Part shown: one piece after another, positions 53,719 through 57,204 of the stretch
Layout of the letters: each line of letters opens with the position of its first letter
How positions within the stretch are numbered: the first letter of the stretch is position 1
Assembly: GCA_043808095.1 (NCBI GenBank)
Contig: JAZDFF010000035.1
Span: forward strand, 1-57,204
From: Candidatus Omnitrophota bacterium
GTDB taxonomy: Bacteria; Omnitrophota; Gorgyraeia; JAZDFF01
DNA: 57,204 nucleotides
Direction: 5' to 3'
Program-made: the position numbers and the translations under genes
The notes under the pieces: model-generated
What the model saw: only the letters and a program-made list of their open reading frames with translations
What the model was told of the DNA's origin: nothing
Databases searched by the model: none

Positions 53719-53846
53719 GAAAAATATTTCTAACCTCCGCCAAAGGCGAATCTCATGCCTAAGGCGGATCTCATGCCGAAGGCAGATTAGCCTCTGGCTG
53801 AAGCCTTCGGCTGAAACTGCGCCAACCGCCCTGAAAGGCTTGAAGT

Positions 53847-53875
53847 ATTATAAAGAACAAAATATCTTAAGTCAA
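53847..53875 (-). promoter_or_regulatory. Sigma70-type promoter of tRNA operon
   Basis: TTGACT-N17-TATAAT. Confidence 0.8.
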
Positions 53876-53879
53876 GGGG

Positions 53880-54503
53880 CTATTGCTGGGATTTTTGTTC
53901 GCCGAATATATTAAAAAGGTTACCCTCGATTAACCTATCTTCCACCCTCTCAAGCAGCCTCTTTGAAGAGCGCGTAAACCCCTGAAGGTCATCAGTAACT
54001 GCGATCATTCTTTTGGTTAAATCCGTAAAATAACGGGTGGTATCGCTAAAATCGTCGGCTAAGTTTTTTATATCAAGCGGGTCGTGGCCGATAATGTAAT
54101 TACCCTGCCTGACAACCACAGTGGCTCCCTGTGTCTGGGGCAATTCGATATCTACAAGTTTATCGCCCAATAGCCCTTCAGTCTTTATGGTATAGGCTGT
54201 ACAGCGCTCAACATCCTGTCTGAATTTCTTTAAAATACCCAGACTCACCTTTACCTGTTTATTGCCGACAGCAGGATCTTTAAGAAATGCGATATCCACA
54301 ACCGTGCCCACGTCCACTCCGGCAAGCCGCACCGGCGCGCCTATCCTTAAGCCGCCTACGTCGCTAAAAATCACTTCCTGGTAGTATTTGGCCTCGCCAA
54401 AACCGGTCTTTGCCCCCAGGACAAATATAATCACGATAACAAATATGATGCCGCTTGAAATAAACATCCCCGCAATAACCTCTTTATCAATTTTTAGTTT
54501 CAT
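53880..54503 (-). CDS. mlaD: MCE/MlaD family protein
   Basis: N-terminal TM, F.DVGGL.IGAPVRLAGV.VG.V, TEGLLGDK. Confidence 0.9.
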   Translation of the reverse strand: MKLKIDKEVIAGMFISSGIIFVIVIIFVLGAKTGFGEAKYYQEVIFSDVGGLRIGAPVRLAGVDVGTVVDIAFLKDPAVGNKQVKVSLGILKKFRQDVERCTAYTIKTEGLLGDKLVDIELPQTQGATVVVRQGNYIIGHDPLDIKNLADDFSDTTRYFTDLTKRMIAVTDDLQGFTRSSKRLLERVEDRLIEGNLFNIFGEQKSQQ

Positions 54504-54534
54504 GTTAGACTCCTGGTATAATTTCAGGTATAAA

Positions 54535-54690
54535 ACTTAAGAATTATACCTGATTACAGTGATTTATTTTTGAGATTACAGAGATTAAATCATTAATCCG
54601 AAGATTTTTCATGTTATCTGCCTGTAAATGGGTTTTATAATCACTTCCTTTAATCTCAGTAATCTATTTTTTAATCGTTGTAATCAGACA
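54535..54690. repeat. GATTACAG / GTAATC-type ~9-mer inverted array
   Basis: gattacagtgatt, gagattacagagatt vs taatcac, taatctcagtaatc, tgtaatcag; related short copy at 17098-17125. Confidence 0.65.
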
Positions 54691-54704
54691 TCCTGTTTTT
54701 CTAT

Positions 54705-55433
54705 TTATCGGATGTCTTTTAAAAGAAATCTTTTCACCGACGGCTCTTGGGACTTCTCAATATCCTCTTTCCTACCCAGGGCGACAATCCTGCCCTGTTC
54801 GATTATAGCGATCCTGTCGGCGATATTAAAAAAATTATTTACATCATGGGAAACGACCACTGTCGTCGTATGCAGTTGCCGGCAGAGTTTTAAAATCAGG
54901 CGCGCAATAGCCAGGCCCGTTGCCGGGTCAAGCCCGGCTGTGGGCTCATCGCAGAAAAGAATCTTTGGCTTTAAGATTATTGCCCGGGCAAGGTTTACCC
55001 TCTTTTTCATGCCTCCGCTTAATTCCTGGGTCGACTTATGCTCTATGCCCTTTAACTCGACTTCCTCTAAGGCCGTATTAATCAAGGCGCTTATTTCGTC
55101 TTCGCTTTTTTTGGTATGTTCTCTAATGGGCAGGGCCAGGTTATCATAGACATCCATAAAATCGAATAAGGTATCTTCCTGAAACAGATACCCGAAATTG
55201 CGGCGGATTAAAAGAAGCTGGCTTTCGTTAAACCCGGCGATATCTTTACCTTCGATATTCACAGAGCCGGAATCCGGCTTTAACAGCCCGATTAAATGTT
55301 TTAAAAACACGGTCTTGCCCTGACCGCTTGCGCCCATCAGGCAGAAAAATTCTGCGTCTTTTATCTGGAGGCTGATGCCGTCTAATATCTTATGGTGGTT
55401 AAAAGATTTCGTGAGGTTTTCAATCCTAATCAT
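54705..55433 (-). CDS. mlaF: MlaF-like ABC transporter ATPase
   Basis: GASGQGKT, LSGGMKKR, FCDEPTAGLDP, VSHD; start moved to ATG 55433 (MIRIENL). Confidence 0.92.
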   Translation of the reverse strand: MIRIENLTKSFNHHKILDGISLQIKDAEFFCLMGASGQGKTVFLKHLIGLLKPDSGSVNIEGKDIAGFNESQLLLIRRNFGYLFQEDTLFDFMDVYDNLALPIREHTKKSEDEISALINTALEEVELKGIEHKSTQELSGGMKKRVNLARAIILKPKILFCDEPTAGLDPATGLAIARLILKLCRQLHTTTVVVSHDVNNFFNIADRIAIIEQGRIVALGRKEDIEKSQEPSVKRFLLKDIR

Positions 55434-55869
55434 TCGTTTCTTTTTGCTTAAACATGCGATAACGGTGATTGCCAAATTTGGAGTAAATACGGTCAAACGG
55501 CTTAATCTGCCTTTTCTCCACGTAAAAAGGCACGTTTTTATAAACTCCCATAAGGTCCATCTCGGAATCAAGCAGGATCTCAATATCCTCTGTAGGGTGC
55601 CAGGGCTTATTTTCAAAGATTAGGGGTTCGCCCTCTCTAATCCAGCTGTCCTCTTTGACGGGAAAATCGCCCCTGAATTTACCCGGGGCATAACTTACAC
55701 AGCCAAAAATCACAAGGCCTAAAAATATAATGGAGCCCACCCGGGCTAAAGCCCGGAGTTCCAAAGGCGGAATACTCAAGCGGCCACATCTTATCCGCGC
55801 CCTGAAGGGCGCGGTTTTCAGGCCGCGGAGTATAAAGCCGATTTTAACTAAGGTATTTAAGTATTTCAT
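55426..55869 (-). CDS. Lipoprotein with palindromic insertion in signal peptide
   Basis: IFG-C lipobox; operon position between mlaE and mlaF. Confidence 0.7.
   Translation of the reverse strand: MKYLNTLVKIGFILRGLKTAPFRARIRCGRLSIPPLELRALARVGSIIFLGLVIFGCVSYAPGKFRGDFPVKEDSWIREGEPLIFENKPWHPTEDIEILLDSEMDLMGVYKNVPFYVEKRQIKPFDRIYSKFGNHRYRMFKQKETND
55731..55831 (-). mobile_element. ~100-bp IS200/IS605-like non-autonomous palindromic element, in frame
   Basis: Two subterminal hairpins ccgcgccc-ttca-gggcgcgg and ccgggc-ttta-gcccgg, preceded by TTAT on - strand. Confidence 0.6.
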
Positions 55870-55872
55870 CTT

Positions 55873-56646
55873 TTACCCCCATAAGGTAATGATTAGTTTG
55901 GTCAAAATAAAATTTGAGACAATGATTATAATTGTGCAGAGCGCTACTGCCTCGGTAGTGTATTTGCCTACGCCGACAGAGCCGCCTTTGGCGTTAAAAC
56001 CTTTATAACAGCAGATTATTCCCACGACCAGGGCGAAAAACAGGGTCTTTGCCATCCCACCGAAGAAATCCACCAGGCGCAGGGAATTATAAGTCTCATT
56101 AAGATAAGAAAATGCCGTTACGTTCTCCTGGAACATCGAAATTACCAGGCCTCCGAAAATCCCTATGACCTCTGACCAAAAGACTAAAATCGGAAGGACA
56201 ATCAGGCAGGCAAGCACGCGGGAGGTCGTAAAAAGGTCCATAGGGTTAATCCCTAAGGTGCGCGTGGCTAAAAGCTGCTCATTGACACTCATTGCCCCTA
56301 TCTCAGCTGAAATCCTGGCTCCGGATTTACCCACAAAGATAATGCTCCCTAAAACCGGCCCGAGCTCTCTTACCAGGGCCAGGGCCACCAGCCGGGAGAT
56401 ATACTGCCTGCCACCGAATCGGGTCAAGACCACTGCCGCCTGTACCGCAAGGACCATGCCTGTTGCCAGGGCGGTCAAAGAGATAATCGGAAAGGCCTCT
56501 ACCCCTAATTCATAGACCTGCCTGGCTAATTCCTTCATCCGGATCTTGCCGCGTAATAGAAGGCTGAAGGTCTCAATGAAAAATATAAAAATCTGACCGG
56601 TAATTCTTAAAAAATAAATTAATCTCTTGCCTAATTGCTTTAACAT
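55873..56646 (-). CDS. mlaE: MlaE-like ABC permease
   Basis: RELGPVL, AEIGAM.V.EQ, G..A.GG..GVG..TT..V. Confidence 0.93.
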   Translation of the reverse strand: MLKQLGKRLIYFLRITGQIFIFFIETFSLLLRGKIRMKELARQVYELGVEAFPIISLTALATGMVLAVQAAVVLTRFGGRQYISRLVALALVRELGPVLGSIIFVGKSGARISAEIGAMSVNEQLLATRTLGINPMDLFTTSRVLACLIVLPILVFWSEVIGIFGGLVISMFQENVTAFSYLNETYNSLRLVDFFGGMAKTLFFALVVGIICCYKGFNAKGGSVGVGKYTTEAVALCTIIIIVSNFILTKLIITLWG

Positions 56647-56649
56647 GTC

Positions 56650-56934
56650 TTAGCCCACAAATTTGGCGCCGTTAAAATATCCTTTACCCAGGTGGTCGCT
56701 AAATGCCTGCGACCAGACCACCTTTGCCTTGATTTTCCTTAAAGAGAGGCGCGGCTCATTATAAAGATTTATCCTGATGACCCTGCCGGGCCTGAGTTCT
56801 TTCTCGGAGAAAAAGCACATTCCGGTAAGGCTGAGATCCCGGGTAAAACTCTCCATTCGGGCGCTGAAAGATTTATCCCGATATTGCAGGGGATTGGCGA
56901 TTTTTTCGCGTTTACATATCCTTCGTTCTTCCAT
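56650..56934 (-). CDS. PilZ domain protein
   Basis: ERR...R, DLS.TG, AKVVW, GAKF; ATG 56934 with AAGGAG. Confidence 0.85.
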   Translation of the reverse strand: MEERRICKREKIANPLQYRDKSFSARMESFTRDLSLTGMCFFSEKELRPGRVIRINLYNEPRLSLRKIKAKVVWSQAFSDHLGKGYFNGAKFVG

Positions 56935-56950
56935 GCTAAGCTCCTTCTTC

Positions 56951-57156
56951 AATGAGCCCCGACGATACGTCGGGGCGAATTGACCCTGCACTTATTTCAC
57001 TTTCGATGCCGGATTATTTTTATATATTAGTTTATCCCGTTAACTCCTATTCTTTAAAATCGAAACTTTTTATTGAAATAAGTGCTGGGTAGGTTCGGAC
57101 AAATAAGTTATGTCACTTAAATTCTTAATATAGGGTTCCATAACTTATGTCCTCGC
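56951..57156. repeat. Multi-stem palindromic element, AATGAG/CTCATT family, copy 4
   Basis: aatgag-ccccgacg..cgtcgggg-cgaattga, cacttatttc/gaaataagtg stem, gttccataactt. Confidence 0.7.
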
Positions 57157-57204
57157 CTATTTTTTTACCGATTCAACTATCTTTCTAAAAGTTGTAGGAT
57201 CTTC

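Noticed and set aside
351-56934. Extreme one-strand gene orientation
   Set aside because: Consistent with ordinary replication co-orientation; not informative alone
672-56983. Numerous + strand ORFs antisense to long - strand genes
   Set aside because: Shadow ORFs of well-supported genes with no independent motifs

Overview
Bacterial chromosomal segment, roughly 40% GC by eye and diderm (Omp85, TamB, MCE/Mla genes). The gene content is compatible with a PVC-superphylum/Candidatus Omnitrophota-like organism; that assignment is inference only. Almost all ~65 genes lie on the - strand (exceptions: a partial comM and cspA). Housekeeping genes include folE, mnmE, folC, purH, an EF-G paralog, nth, era, uppP, corA, mlaEFD, tRNA-Asp(GTC) and tRNA-Val(TAC). 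Other genes include hypCDE with a truncated hypF, pabB/pabC, a kamA + ATP-grasp pair, a two-component system, and an HNH-antitoxin-Doc module. The most unusual feature is non-coding. Nearly every intergenic gap holds short palindromic elements of several families, often nested inside each other. One multi-stem family ends immediately before Shine-Dalgarno sites in 6 of 6 copies. Another ends in the -35 box of predicted promoters in 2 of 2 copies. Six insertions sit in frame inside coding genes (mnmE, folC x3, hypF, a lipoprotein). The most unusual protein is an M1 aminopeptidase fused to an Omp85 beta-barrel. No transposase, integrase, reverse transcriptase, cas1 or true CRISPR array was seen. 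All calls come from motif recognition by eye; no searches were run.
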